From Bacteroidales bacterium (lineage in GTDB: Bacteria > Bacteroidota > Bacteroidia > Bacteroidales > GWF2-38-335): a stretch of DNA of 64,000 nt. Of the stretch, positions 55,701 through 64,000 are shown piece after piece. The DNA is taken from positions 67,833-131,832 of the forward strand of contig JAFGXD010000090.1 in the NCBI GenBank assembly GCA_016936815.1. The letters are read 5' to 3'. Positions within the stretch are counted from its first letter, which is position 1; each line of letters opens with the position of its first letter. Below the pieces are notes generated by a model. The model did not search any database, was not told the origin of the DNA, and saw only the letters and a list, made by a program, of their open reading frames with translations. Both the position numbers and the translations under genes were made by a program.

Positions 55701-56882
55701 TCCATTTATTTCATTAATTGCCAGACATCCGTCTTTTATTCCCTCAACAGGCTGAAAATGAAAATTGGCCGAATTCTTATCAGCAACAGTATTTTCAACA
55801 ATTAACATATACAAACCATCCATTGTAGCTACATAAAGGTTGTTTTTGTACCTAATTGCCTGAATAACAAGCCCGGAAAGACCTGTGTTTTCGCCAAAAT
55901 GAGTAACAGGAGCATCCAAATTCACTCTAGCCAGACCTTTATTAAGCATTATCCACAATACATTGTTTTCATCTACAAAAACATTATTAACTGTTTCTGT
56001 TTCAAGTCCGGTTTGCTTGTTTAATAATCTTTTAAGTTTTCCGCTTCTGTCCATTATTATTACTCCGGCATAATCCGTTGCAAGTAAATAATATCCGTTC
56101 TTTATTACAATTCCGGTATATAAACCATTTGTTTTTATATAATCATCAAAAGAGGTGTGCAAAGGTTTAATTGTATCATCAATAAGACTTAGGATAAAAA
56201 GTCCGTCTTTATTGGTTCCTACAAGAAGTGTATTTTCTGTATAAGGCAAAACAACGTAAACATCTTTATCGGCAAAAAAATCTCCTGAGGGCAACAAAGA
56301 AAGTTGGTTTCCCGAAAACATTGAAAGTCCACTTCCTTTAACATAGGCCAAAATAAAACTTTCTATCTGAAATATTTTAATAATTGGTTGTTCAGACTTT
56401 ATTGTTGATAGGTTTTCGTTCTCAAGAACAAAAATTTTTGAAAGACCATTAAAAACAACTCGGGATTTATCTATTAATATTTGTCTGATTTCGAAACCTA
56501 AATCCTTTTCTGATAATGATTTAGAAATAATATGAGGTGATATTCTTCCAACACTATCGGGTTTTAAATAACCAAAAACGTTGCTGCCTCCAAAATATAT
56601 TCTTCCGTTATGGTCTTTTGCAAGAGATCTGCAAACCCCACCAATTCTTATTGTTCTCCAACTTACACCGTCGTATTCTAAAATTCCATTACCATTTCCA
56701 ACATAAACCATTCCTCTGTTATCTTTTACAAATGCCCAGTTTTGGGGATGTCCGTTGTAATCGGCCGGACTAAAATTTCTAATTTCCGGAGATCCTATTC
56801 CAATGGAATTTAAGTCTTGTCCCTGTACATAGGTGAAAGAAAAAAACAGAAAAATCAGAATTTTGTTCTTATATTTATGCAT
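52779..56882 (-). CDS. Sensor phosphatase: signal peptide, twin Reg_prop beta-propellers plus Y_Y_Y domain (HTCS-type periplasmic sensor), TM helix, 2 x (coiled coil + PAS), SpoIIE/PP2C
   Basis: 1367 aa. The periplasmic part is about 730 aa and ends in YSWRLVGYDDEWTNWSKDTSAKYTNLPEGEYKFEVKSKN (Y_Y_Y). TM helix WWAYLIYVGVGVILIFIVL. Two near-identical PAS modules follow. PP2C motifs VSGDFYW, DCTGHGVPGAFMSMIG, DDGMD, TDGFQDQFGG, QIDDVLVIGF. The stop is 1 nt from the start of paralog 4. Confidence 0.85.
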   Translation of the reverse strand: MHKYKNKILIFLFFSFTYVQGQDLNSIGIGSPEIRNFSPADYNGHPQNWAFVKDNRGMVYVGNGNGILEYDGVSWRTIRIGGVCRSLAKDHNGRIYFGGSNVFGYLKPDSVGRISPHIISKSLSEKDLGFEIRQILIDKSRVVFNGLSKIFVLENENLSTIKSEQPIIKIFQIESFILAYVKGSGLSMFSGNQLSLLPSGDFFADKDVYVVLPYTENTLLVGTNKDGLFILSLIDDTIKPLHTSFDDYIKTNGLYTGIVIKNGYYLLATDYAGVIIMDRSGKLKRLLNKQTGLETETVNNVFVDENNVLWIMLNKGLARVNLDAPVTHFGENTGLSGLVIQAIRYKNNLYVATMDGLYMLIVENTVADKNSANFHFQPVEGIKDGCLAINEINGELYAASREGIFTIEGLKAKEFNKHNRIRAIRQHPLQTDYVLIGDDNGLYIYKIEGKKWKGLGSIDVFHEELQYFYIDSKGDCWISEGQKMARINFRDSISSNCRIDYFSIEHGLPKNFTKPFFIDTKLMVMDTSETYIYNPDAAVVKEENLFVKNNKIFSDLAEKKFIIERASENIGNKFLATNGQSRVGVVSLSNQGYFLIEKPFTHIPNSSSIFMVYADTVKKLFWFGGDEGLFCYNPEIVINEIENIKTIIKKVVIGKNSVIFNGMYVKGIDSLPKINFSNNSIEISFASLYYHYEERTLYSWRLVGYDDEWTNWSKDTSAKYTNLPEGEYKFEVKSKNLYGLESPVAVYSFEILPPWHRTWWAYLIYVGVGVILIFIVLRIYSIKLKADNRKLEKIISDRTAEIQQQKEEIQSANDQLITINTELEKLSLVARETDNSILIMDGVGNFEWANEAFTRLYGYTLDEFIAKYGKNILESSSSKRIHEIFHKCLNEKRSVSYSAQFPAKDKNIWMQTTLTPVMDGDKNIRKIVLIESNINKLKQAEEEILIQKEEIMSQRDLLENANKELEKLSIVARETDNAVIIMDEKGNFEWVNESLTKKYGFTLQQYIDIKGGNILKSSSNPRIAEIFHKCVDEKASVIYESMTRTKDGKLWTQTTLTPVLDELGKVIKVVAIDSDISKVKAAEEEIMQQKEEIMAQKDQLEIANQELEKSHNLITDSIIYAKKIQDSILPGIDELKEILSESFILFKPRDIVSGDFYWLHTTEDKLFIAVADCTGHGVPGAFMSMIGNTLLNEIVKEKQIHKPSEILSLLNKQVISVLKQTEQSLNTQDDGMDVSVCCYDKKNNSLEISAANHNVLLVQGNKTNIIAGDIYSIGGFFSFSEDVEFTNYNIKIVEKTSVYMYTDGFQDQFGGENNNKFLAARFEEFLTANNNLKMQQQKEALELAFTDWKKDQRQIDDVLVIGFSIKE
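53650..54500 (-). repeat. Internal tandem duplication of a (coiled-coil + PAS) module, about 142 aa / 425 nt per copy
   Basis: Copy 1 is AEIQQQKEEIQSANDQLITINTELEKLSLVARETDNSILIMDGVGNFEWANEAFTRLYGYTLDEF...IWMQTTLTPVMD. Copy 2 is EEEILIQKEEIMSQRDLLENANKELEKLSIVARETDNAVIIMDEKGNFEWVNESLTKKYGFTLQQY...LWTQTTLTPVLD. Confidence 0.8.
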
Positions 56883-56989
56883 TGTTTTTAGGCTTTAAAA
56901 TGTAAAAGTAAAATTTATTTTTCAAATTCAAAACTAAGTTCTTGAAAACCAAATTAAACATTGTTAAACAAATGCGATTTTTTATAAAA

Positions 56990-57817
56990 ATGAAAACCAA
57001 ATTCTTTTATACGGCAATTCTGCTTGTTTTGTTAATAAGCTCCTGCAAAGAAACAAATAAAGAATGTACTAATGAAAAAGCAAAAACCTCAGAATCTACA
57101 AAAGGAGATTACGAGCATTTGGTTTTAGCAACAGTTTGGTTTCAACAATCGGCTGAAATGCAGGCAATTTACATTCAATCGTACAATTGGGCAAAAATAA
57201 TGCTTGAAAAAAACCTTGCTGAAAAATCCACCAAAAAACAGGCTGCTGTGGTAATGGATATTGATGAAACTATTTTAGATAACAGTCCCTTTGAAGTAAA
57301 ATGTATTGAAACAGGCAAAGGGTATTCGAGTGAAACATGGTTAAATTGGACAGCTACTTCAAATGCAAAGGCACTTCCCGGCGCTTTAGATTTTGTGAAA
57401 TTTGCCGACGAAAAGGGCGTGAAAGTGTTTTTTATTAGCAACCGTCTTACAAAAGAGCTAAAAACTACAATGGATAACATGCAAAATCTGGGATTTCCAA
57501 ATATAGACAGTTCATTTTTTCTTTTGAAGGAAGAAACAAGTGGCAAAAAAGATCGCAGAACGACTGTTGAAACAGAACATGAAATTATTCTTTTTGTGGG
57601 CGACGTACTTACCGATTTTTCGGAAATTTACGAAAAAAGAGACGAAAAACTTGGTAAAGATTTGGTAGAAAAGGATAAAGAACTTTTTGGAACTAAATAT
57701 ATTATTTTGCCAAACCCTATGTATGGCGAATGGGAAAAGGCAGTTTACAACAATTCTTTTAAGTGGTCAGAAGAACAAAAAGACAGTTTAAGAAAAAGAG
57801 TTTTAATTAGTTATTAA
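56990..57817 (+). CDS. Class C acid phosphatase / 5'-nucleotidase, lipoprotein e(P4) family (HAD IIIB)
   Basis: Lipobox LISSC. HAD motif I is VVMDIDETILDNSPF. Also FISNR and GDVLTDF. The start was set at ATG 56990; the track start at 56942 is TTG. Confidence 0.8.
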   Translation: MKTKFFYTAILLVLLISSCKETNKECTNEKAKTSESTKGDYEHLVLATVWFQQSAEMQAIYIQSYNWAKIMLEKNLAEKSTKKQAAVVMDIDETILDNSPFEVKCIETGKGYSSETWLNWTATSNAKALPGALDFVKFADEKGVKVFFISNRLTKELKTTMDNMQNLGFPNIDSSFFLLKEETSGKKDRRTTVETEHEIILFVGDVLTDFSEIYEKRDEKLGKDLVEKDKELFGTKYIILPNPMYGEWEKAVYNNSFKWSEEQKDSLRKRVLISY

Positions 57818-57831
57818 TTAATTTTATTTAT

Positions 57832-58539
57832 ATGAGACTATTATTAATTTCAAATTCAACCAATGCCGGTGAGGCTTATCTTGATTATCCGAAAAACAAT
57901 ATTAAGGACTTTTTGGGTTCAAAATCTGTTAAAGCGCTTTTTATTCCTTATGCAGGAGTAAGTTTTTCCTATGATGAATACGAGACTAAAGTAAAATCAA
58001 AATTTAATGAAATAGGTCACGATATTGTTTCAATACACAAATTCGACGACCCTATTAAAGCTGTTAAGGAAGCAGAAGCAATTGTTGTGGGTGGAGGAAA
58101 TACCTGGCATCTTTTAAGAGAAGTTCACGATAAAAAAATTACAGAAGCTGTAAGAGAAAAAGTTATTGGCGGAACTCCTTACATAGGATGGAGTGCAGGC
58201 AGCAACCTTGCTTGTCCAACAATTAAAACTACAAACGATATGCCCATTATCGACCCTCTTGGCTTCGAGGCTTTTAATCTTATTCCTTTTCAAATAAATC
58301 CGCACTATTTAGATGCAAACCCCGATGGACATGCAGGAGAAACAAGAGAGCAAAGATTGGAAGAGTTTATGGTAGTAAATAAAGACATTTATATTGCCGG
58401 TTTACGTGAAGGAACAATGTTTTTAGTGGAAAATAAAAGCATTAAACTTATTGGACCAAGAGCTTGTAGAATTTTTAAATATGATAAAACTCCAGTGGAA
58501 TTGACTGAAAAAGATGATTTTAACTTTTTGTTAGGGTAG
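57832..58539 (+). CDS. pepE: Dipeptidase E (peptidase S51)
   Basis: 235 aa. LLLISNS, VGGGNTWHLL, GWSAGSN (catalytic Ser), INPHY. Confidence 0.88.
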   Translation: MRLLLISNSTNAGEAYLDYPKNNIKDFLGSKSVKALFIPYAGVSFSYDEYETKVKSKFNEIGHDIVSIHKFDDPIKAVKEAEAIVVGGGNTWHLLREVHDKKITEAVREKVIGGTPYIGWSAGSNLACPTIKTTNDMPIIDPLGFEAFNLIPFQINPHYLDANPDGHAGETREQRLEEFMVVNKDIYIAGLREGTMFLVENKSIKLIGPRACRIFKYDKTPVELTEKDDFNFLLG

Positions 58540-58646
58540 TTTTTACACAATTAATAGCCGATAAAAACCAGTAATTATCAGTAAAATCTAATTTTCTTTA
58601 TCCATTAATCTTATTTTAATAGACCCATTCATTAAATCAAAAGTCA

Positions 58647-59471
58647 ATGATTTCGATTATTACTGCAATATATAATCAATTGGATATGAACAAGATTTTT
58701 TATAAATATCTTGTTGCCAATACATCTTTACCTTTCGAATTAATTATTGTTGATAATAATTCAAACGATGGAAGCCGGGAATTTTTCGAAAATCTTCCTA
58801 ACACCATTGTTATTAAAAATAAAAGCAATTACAACTACCCATATTGCCAGAACATAGGTATTAAACATGCTAAATATGAGATACTTTGTTTTTTTAACAA
58901 CGATATTATTATTTCGAAAAATTGGGATAAACATATTCTAAGAATTCTTAATGAAAACAAAGAAATTAAAGTTTTGTCGGTTGCCACTAACGATCATTTG
59001 GAAAGCAAAATTGCAGCGCGTAAAATAAATAGAAAGTGGAAAAAAATTAAATACCCTCTAATAAAACTATTTGGAACAAAAACATTTTCACTTAAGCTTA
59101 TGCTTAGACTAATGTATGGAAATATTAACAATTTTGCAGACAAGAGATTTAAAAAATGGGCATATTCAACAATTGAAGGATACAGCGGTTCGGCAATAAT
59201 TATTACAAAGGATTGTCTTGAAACTATAGGTTTATGGGACGAAAGGATTCAGGCTGCAGATTTCGACCTTTTTAACAGGGTAAAAAAACAATCTTTATCC
59301 AATAAAAAAATAATGGCAATTCAATTGGCGCTTGGAGTTTATTTTCATCATTACCAAAGACTTACAGTAAAAACTAAATATCCTGAATTTGTAAATAAGA
59401 ATCAGATGATTAGTTTGGAACAAAAATGGAAGGATGAAACAAAGTTTCTACGCAAAGATATTATTGGATAA
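58647..59471 (+). CDS. Glycosyltransferase family 2
   Basis: 274 aa. ISIITAIYNQ ... ELIIVDNNSNDGS ... FFNNDI (DxD-like). Confidence 0.8.
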   Translation: MISIITAIYNQLDMNKIFYKYLVANTSLPFELIIVDNNSNDGSREFFENLPNTIVIKNKSNYNYPYCQNIGIKHAKYEILCFFNNDIIISKNWDKHILRILNENKEIKVLSVATNDHLESKIAARKINRKWKKIKYPLIKLFGTKTFSLKLMLRLMYGNINNFADKRFKKWAYSTIEGYSGSAIIITKDCLETIGLWDERIQAADFDLFNRVKKQSLSNKKIMAIQLALGVYFHHYQRLTVKTKYPEFVNKNQMISLEQKWKDETKFLRKDIIG

Positions 59472-59496
59472 AATATTAGTATCTAAAAAATCTGTT

Positions 59497-60489
59497 TTAT
59501 CGCAACTTCTCTGTCAATGACTTTATTTCTATTTCTGGGTTGGCATTTTTAAATAGAATTCGGTAAACGGCTTCCAAAATTGGCATTTCAATTTCAAGTT
59601 CTTTTTTAGTTTTATACAAGCATTTTGTGGCATGATATCCCTCGGCAACCATTTTCATTTCGTTAAGAGCTTGAGCAACAGGCAATCCGCTGCCAATTTT
59701 TTTGCCTAAACTTCTATTTCTGCTGTATTCCGAATATGCAGTAACAAGCAAATCGCCAAGATATGCCGATTCGTTAATATCTCTCCTTATTGGATAAACC
59801 GCTAAGGCAAATCGTTTTATTTCTCTAATTGCATTACTTACCAAAACCGCCTGAAAATTGTCGCCATAACCTAAACCCTGACTTATTCCTGCACCCAAAG
59901 CCATTATATTTTTTAGAGTTGCCGAGTATTCTGTTCCATACACATCATCGGAAAGTATTGTCCGAATATAATCTCTAGCAAAAAAGTTAGAAATAATAGC
60001 GGCAAAATCCTGATTTTCTGAAGCAATTGTAAGATAAGAAAGTTTTTCTTGAGCTACTTCTTCGGCATGAGAGGGGCCGGAAATTACGCAAAGTTGTGAA
60101 AGTGGAATTTGATAATGCTGATTAAGATAAGAACAAACTGTTTTATTTTTTTCTTCAATTACCCCTTTTACCGCAGAAACAATCATCTTGCACTTCAAAA
60201 TGTTGTCAGACACCCCATTAAGTACAGAGGTAAGGAACTCTGAAGGAATAACCAACAAAATTATGGAGCTTGCCTCAACAGCTTTTTCAACATTATTAAA
60301 AAAACTAATGAATTTTAGGTTTAGCTTTACTCCCGAAAGAAATTCAGGGTTATTTCCTTCCGATTTCAAGTAATTTATGGTTTCCGGTTTTCTAACAAAC
60401 CAATTTACATGAATTTCGTTTTCGGTGAGAAGCTTAATAAGTGCAGTAGCCCAGCTTCCGTCGCCTATTACAGTTATTTTTCTATCCAA
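59497..60489 (-). CDS. gpsA: NAD(P)H-dependent glycerol-3-phosphate dehydrogenase
   Basis: 330 aa. N-terminal Rossmann [13 protein letters not shown], plus [29 protein letters not shown]. Confidence 0.92.
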   Translation of the reverse strand: MDRKITVIGDGSWATALIKLLTENEIHVNWFVRKPETINYLKSEGNNPEFLSGVKLNLKFISFFNNVEKAVEASSIILLVIPSEFLTSVLNGVSDNILKCKMIVSAVKGVIEEKNKTVCSYLNQHYQIPLSQLCVISGPSHAEEVAQEKLSYLTIASENQDFAAIISNFFARDYIRTILSDDVYGTEYSATLKNIMALGAGISQGLGYGDNFQAVLVSNAIREIKRFALAVYPIRRDINESAYLGDLLVTAYSEYSRNRSLGKKIGSGLPVAQALNEMKMVAEGYHATKCLYKTKKELEIEMPILEAVYRILFKNANPEIEIKSLTEKLR

Positions 60490-62212
60490 TGTTTTCTATC
60501 CAGTTTTTAACTTCGTCAATACTAGGGTTTTTTAGTTCCAGTTTGTGCTTTTTATTAAGACCACAAATTTGCTGATGAAGCTTGTTTGGATTTGCTTCTT
60601 TTAGCATTGAAACCTCATGATAACCGGCTTTTTGAATTAATGAAATCCATTCTGTAGGAATTCCGAGTTTTTCGAAATCTGCAGGATCCGATTTTTCAAC
60701 TTTCTTTTCGGGACGCATTTGTGGAAAAAAGAGAACATCCTGAATAGAATTTGAGTTAGTCATTAGCATTGTAAGTCGGTCAATTCCAATACCAAGACCT
60801 GCTGTTGGAGGCATACCGTATTCTATTGCTCTAAGGAAATCTTCGTCAAGCATCATTGCTTCTTCGTCGCCGCGTTTTGCCAGAAGCAGTTGTTCTTCAA
60901 AGCGTTCTCTTTGGTCAATTGGATCGTTTAGCTCCGAATAAGCGTTACATATTTCTTTTCCGTTGCAAACAGCTTCAAATCTTTCTACAAGGCCTTCAAC
61001 AGATCGATGTTTTTTAGCCAGAGGCGACATTTCAACCGGATAATCCATAATAAAAGTAGGTTGAATTAGTTTGCCTTCGCAATGTTCTCCGAAAATTTCA
61101 TCAATTAATTTTCCCTTACCCATTGTTTCATCAACATCAACTTTAAGTTTTTTTGCAGTTTCTCTTAGTTCGTTCTCGTCCATTTTAGAAACATCAACGC
61201 CTGTAAACTCCTGAATAGCTTCAAACATGGTATATCTTTTCCATGGTCGTTTAAAATCAATTGTATTTTCGCCCATTTTTACCGCAGTGGTTCCATGAAG
61301 ATCAAGAGCTACTCTTTCAACCATTTCTTCAACAAGTTCCATCATCCAGTAATAATCTTTGTAGGCAACATATAGTTCCATTTGAGTAAATTCCGGATTA
61401 TGGAATCTAGACATTCCTTCGTTACGGAAGTCTTTCGCAAATTCGTAAACACCTTCGAAACCGCCAACAATAAGTCTTTTAAGATAAAGTTCGTTGGCAA
61501 TGCGAAGATACAAAGTCATATCTAAAGTATTGTGATGGGTTTTAAACGGTCGGGCAGCAGCTCCACCATAAAGTGGCTGAAGAACAGGGGTTTCAACCTC
61601 CATATAACCTTTCTCGTTAAGGTATTTACGCATTGAATTTGTTAGCATTGTTCTTTTAATAAAAGCTTCTCTAACTTGCGGATTTACAATTAAATCGAGT
61701 GAACGCTGACGATATCTTTGGTCGGGATCGGTAAAAGCATCGTAAACAACACCATCTTTTTCCTTAACAATTGGCAGTGGACGAATTGATTTAGAGAGAA
61801 TTGTGAAGCTATTTACCTCAACAGTAACTTCGCCCATTTGAGTTCTAAAAACCTTTCCACTAACTCCAATAATATCGCCAATATCAAGTAGTCTTTTAAA
61901 AACATCGTTATAGAGAGATTTGTCTTCATCGGGACAAATAACATCGCGGTTAAAATAAACCTGAATTCGTCCAAACTCGTCCTGTAATTCGGCAAATGAA
62001 GCTTTTCCCATAATTCTGCGACTCATTATACGTCCGGCTATGGTAACATTTTTCAAATTATTTTCTTCGTCCTTAAAGCTGTTCAAAATTTGTTTCGAAT
62101 TCGAGTTAGTCTCGTATTTCTCCGCCGGATATGGATTTATTCCTCTGCTTCGTAATTCCTCAAGTGCTTGTCTTCGTAGCACTTCCTGCTCGCTTAATTC
62201 TAAGATGCTCAT
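60482..62212 (-). CDS. lysS: Lysine--tRNA ligase (class II) with an about 70-aa C-terminal extension
   Basis: 576 aa with an OB anticodon-binding domain. Class II motifs: [20 protein letters not shown] (motif 2) and [13 protein letters not shown] (motif 3). After FFPQMRPEK the protein continues for about 70 residues. Confidence 0.93.
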   Translation of the reverse strand: MSILELSEQEVLRRQALEELRSRGINPYPAEKYETNSNSKQILNSFKDEENNLKNVTIAGRIMSRRIMGKASFAELQDEFGRIQVYFNRDVICPDEDKSLYNDVFKRLLDIGDIIGVSGKVFRTQMGEVTVEVNSFTILSKSIRPLPIVKEKDGVVYDAFTDPDQRYRQRSLDLIVNPQVREAFIKRTMLTNSMRKYLNEKGYMEVETPVLQPLYGGAAARPFKTHHNTLDMTLYLRIANELYLKRLIVGGFEGVYEFAKDFRNEGMSRFHNPEFTQMELYVAYKDYYWMMELVEEMVERVALDLHGTTAVKMGENTIDFKRPWKRYTMFEAIQEFTGVDVSKMDENELRETAKKLKVDVDETMGKGKLIDEIFGEHCEGKLIQPTFIMDYPVEMSPLAKKHRSVEGLVERFEAVCNGKEICNAYSELNDPIDQRERFEEQLLLAKRGDEEAMMLDEDFLRAIEYGMPPTAGLGIGIDRLTMLMTNSNSIQDVLFFPQMRPEKKVEKSDPADFEKLGIPTEWISLIQKAGYHEVSMLKEANPNKLHQQICGLNKKHKLELKNPSIDEVKNWIENIG

Positions 62213-62333
62213 AATTTTTATTTCAGAATATTAAATTTTATTTCAGCCATAAGATCTGAAAAGATTTGCAAAGATAATATTTATTAGGAGTTAAAGAATA
62301 GGAGAAATGAATCCTTTAAAAAGGATAAGATTA

Positions 62334-62903
62334 TTATTTTTTCAAAAGCAATTTTTCAATTACCGGCGGATAATGTTCATATTCAAGGCTATGTATTTTT
62401 TTTGCTAAACTTTCGGGATTATCTTCGGAAGAAATCAAACATTTAGCTTGAAAAATAATTTCACCATCATCATATACATTATTTACGTAATGAATAGTTA
62501 TTCCCGATTCATTTTCGCCATTTGCAATTACAGCTTTATGAACATAATCGCCATACATACCCTTTCCCCCGTATTTTGGCAGGAGAGCCGGATGTATATT
62601 AATAATGCGTGAGTTAAAATTATTAATAAGATTTTCAGGAACCAGCCACATAAAACCGGCAAGAACAATTAAATCAATTTTTTTTTGTTTTAGTTCCTTT
62701 AATACATTATCGGTATTGTAAAACTCATGTTTATTAAAAATATAGGAACTAATACTGTGATTTTTGGCTCGTTCTAAAACAAAGGCATTTGCATTGTTAG
62801 TCAGTATTATAGAAACCTCAACACTTCTATTGTTATTAAAATACTTTATAATGTTTTCAACATTTGTACCTGAACCTGAAGCAAAAAGAGCAATTTTTTT
62901 CAT
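62334..62903 (-). CDS. purN: Phosphoribosylglycinamide formyltransferase
   Basis: Start moved to MKKIALFASGSGTN. Also LAGFMWLVP and NIHPALLPKYGGKGMYG (the H-P-(S/A)-L-L-P motif). Confidence 0.9.
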   Translation of the reverse strand: MKKIALFASGSGTNVENIIKYFNNNRSVEVSIILTNNANAFVLERAKNHSISSYIFNKHEFYNTDNVLKELKQKKIDLIVLAGFMWLVPENLINNFNSRIINIHPALLPKYGGKGMYGDYVHKAVIANGENESGITIHYVNNVYDDGEIIFQAKCLISSEDNPESLAKKIHSLEYEHYPPVIEKLLLKK

Positions 62904-63099
62904 TGATAAAAAAGAATTAAATGTCTTGAAAAATGCGCTAGCAAAGATATTATAATTCATTGAAATAAAACGTTAGTGTAAATTCAAATCAACCTTAGTC
63001 AAAAAACATTAGTTTTTTTTTGATTTATTTCACAAATATCTATTTCTTTGCACTCTCAAAAAAAATGAACTTTTGATTATTAACTAAAAATTTAAAATT

Positions 63100-63336
63100 A
63101 TGTCTGACATTTCATCAAGAGTAAAAGCAATTATCGTTGACAAATTAGGCGTTGATGAAAACGAGGTAACTCCTGAAGCAAGTTTCACCAATGACTTGGG
63201 TGCCGATTCACTTGATACAGTTGAGTTAATTATGGAATTCGAAAAAGAATTCAACATTGCAATTCCTGACGATCAAGCCGAAAACATTGGAACAGTTGGC
63301 GATGCTATTTCATACATTGAAAGCAATACCAAGTAA
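63100..63336 (+). CDS. acpP: Acyl carrier protein
   Basis: 78 aa with the phosphopantetheine site [17 protein letters not shown]. Confidence 0.95.
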   Translation: MSDISSRVKAIIVDKLGVDENEVTPEASFTNDLGADSLDTVELIMEFEKEFNIAIPDDQAENIGTVGDAISYIESNTK

Positions 63337-63371
63337 GAAATAATGTAAAATTTTGTTTTAAATTTAGAATT

Positions 63372-64000
63372 ATGGAATTAAAAAGGGTTGTTGTCACGGG
63401 ATTGGGTGCCATTAATGCACTCGGAAATAATGTTCCTGCTTTTTGGGAAGGTCTCAAAAACGGCGTTAGTGGTTGTGATATGATTACTCGCTTCGATGCT
63501 TCTAAGTTTAAAACAAAATTTGCATGTGAGGTGAAAAACTTCGATCCAAAGGAAGTAATGGATCGAAAAGAGCTTAGAAAACTGGATTTGTACGCAGTTT
63601 TTGCAATGGTTGCAACAGATGAGGCCATGAAAGATTGCGGTATTGATTTAGAAAAGCTCGATAAGGATCATGCCGGAGTAATTTTTACCTCAGGAATTGG
63701 TGGTTTGGAAACCTTTTTGGAAGAAATAAGAGCTTTTGCTTTGGGCGATGGAACACCTCGTTTCAGTCCTTTCTTTATTCCAAAAATGATTGCCGACATT
63801 GCTGCAGGTCATATTTCCATGAAATACGGTTTGCGCGGACCAAACTTTGCAACTGTTTCCGCTTGTGCTTCCTCAACCAACGCAATTATTGATGCATATA
63901 CCTATATTAGACTAGGTAAGGCATGTTTCTTTGTTGCAGGAGGTTCTGAAGCTGCTATTAACGAAACAGGTATTGGTGGATTTAATGCTATGCAGGCTAT
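63372..64000 (+). CDS. fabF: Beta-ketoacyl-ACP synthase II, 5' part (runs off the right edge)
   Basis: Not in the ORF track because it is open-ended. My translation from ATG 63372 gives MELKRVVVTGLGAINALGNNVPAFWEGLKNGVSGCDMITRFDASKFKTKFACEV...GPNFATVSACASSTNAI, which includes the active-site Cys motif. It follows acpP, as in most bacteria. Confidence 0.9.
   Translation, partial: MELKRVVVTGLGAINALGNNVPAFWEGLKNGVSGCDMITRFDASKFKTKFACEVKNFDPKEVMDRKELRKLDLYAVFAMVATDEAMKDCGIDLEKLDKDHAGVIFTSGIGGLETFLEEIRAFALGDGTPRFSPFFIPKMIADIAAGHISMKYGLRGPNFATVSACASSTNAIIDAYTYIRLGKACFFVAGGSEAAINETGIGGFNAMQA

Noticed and set aside
41958-56882. Diguanylate cyclase (SiaD-like) or STAS/anti-sigma-antagonist gene expected next to a Sia/Rsb-type module
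   Set aside because: I scanned all supplied translations for GGDEF/GGEEF, EAL and STAS-like small proteins and saw none. The absence is therefore reported as part of the main finding, not as a feature. A partner elsewhere in the genome cannot be excluded.

Overview
AT-rich chromosomal segment that looks like Bacteroidota. Evidence: two proteins end in T9SS-type C-terminal sorting domains, SprB-type Cys/Gly repeats are present, several promoters fit TTTG-N19-TAnnTTTG, and the TPR / DUF4292 / M23-peptidase synteny is typical. I call about 50 protein genes and one tRNA-His(GTG). I see no rRNA, CRISPR array, transposase or integrase. Most of the window is housekeeping: dut, lysC, fbp, folE, rpoN, ssb, gpsA, lysS, purN, acpP, the 5' part of fabF, cell-wall enzymes and glycosyltransferases. 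Three regions stand out. (1) A roughly 15 kb signalling island at 41958-56882. Five membrane-anchored sensor proteins all end in an intact SpoIIE/PP2C phosphatase domain. They flank a protein made of two tandem SiaB/RsbW-like GHKL kinase modules and a DUF1987 (SiaC-like) protein that carries the YFNT motif with Thr at residue 68. No diguanylate cyclase, STAS protein or other obvious output is encoded in the window; an ECF sigma/anti-sigma pair lies divergently next door. This is my best candidate for an undescribed system: a multi-input Sia-like partner switch with unknown output. (2) Two giant T9SS cargo proteins, 12854-18589 and 32460-37466, built from different sensor or adhesion heads plus long SprB-repeat arrays. 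(3) At the left edge, a PqqD-family (RiPP recognition element) gene one nucleotide upstream of a sulfotransferase gene cut by the window boundary. This may be the margin of a peptide-modification cluster. All functional calls rest on reading motifs in the supplied translations by eye; no database search was possible.
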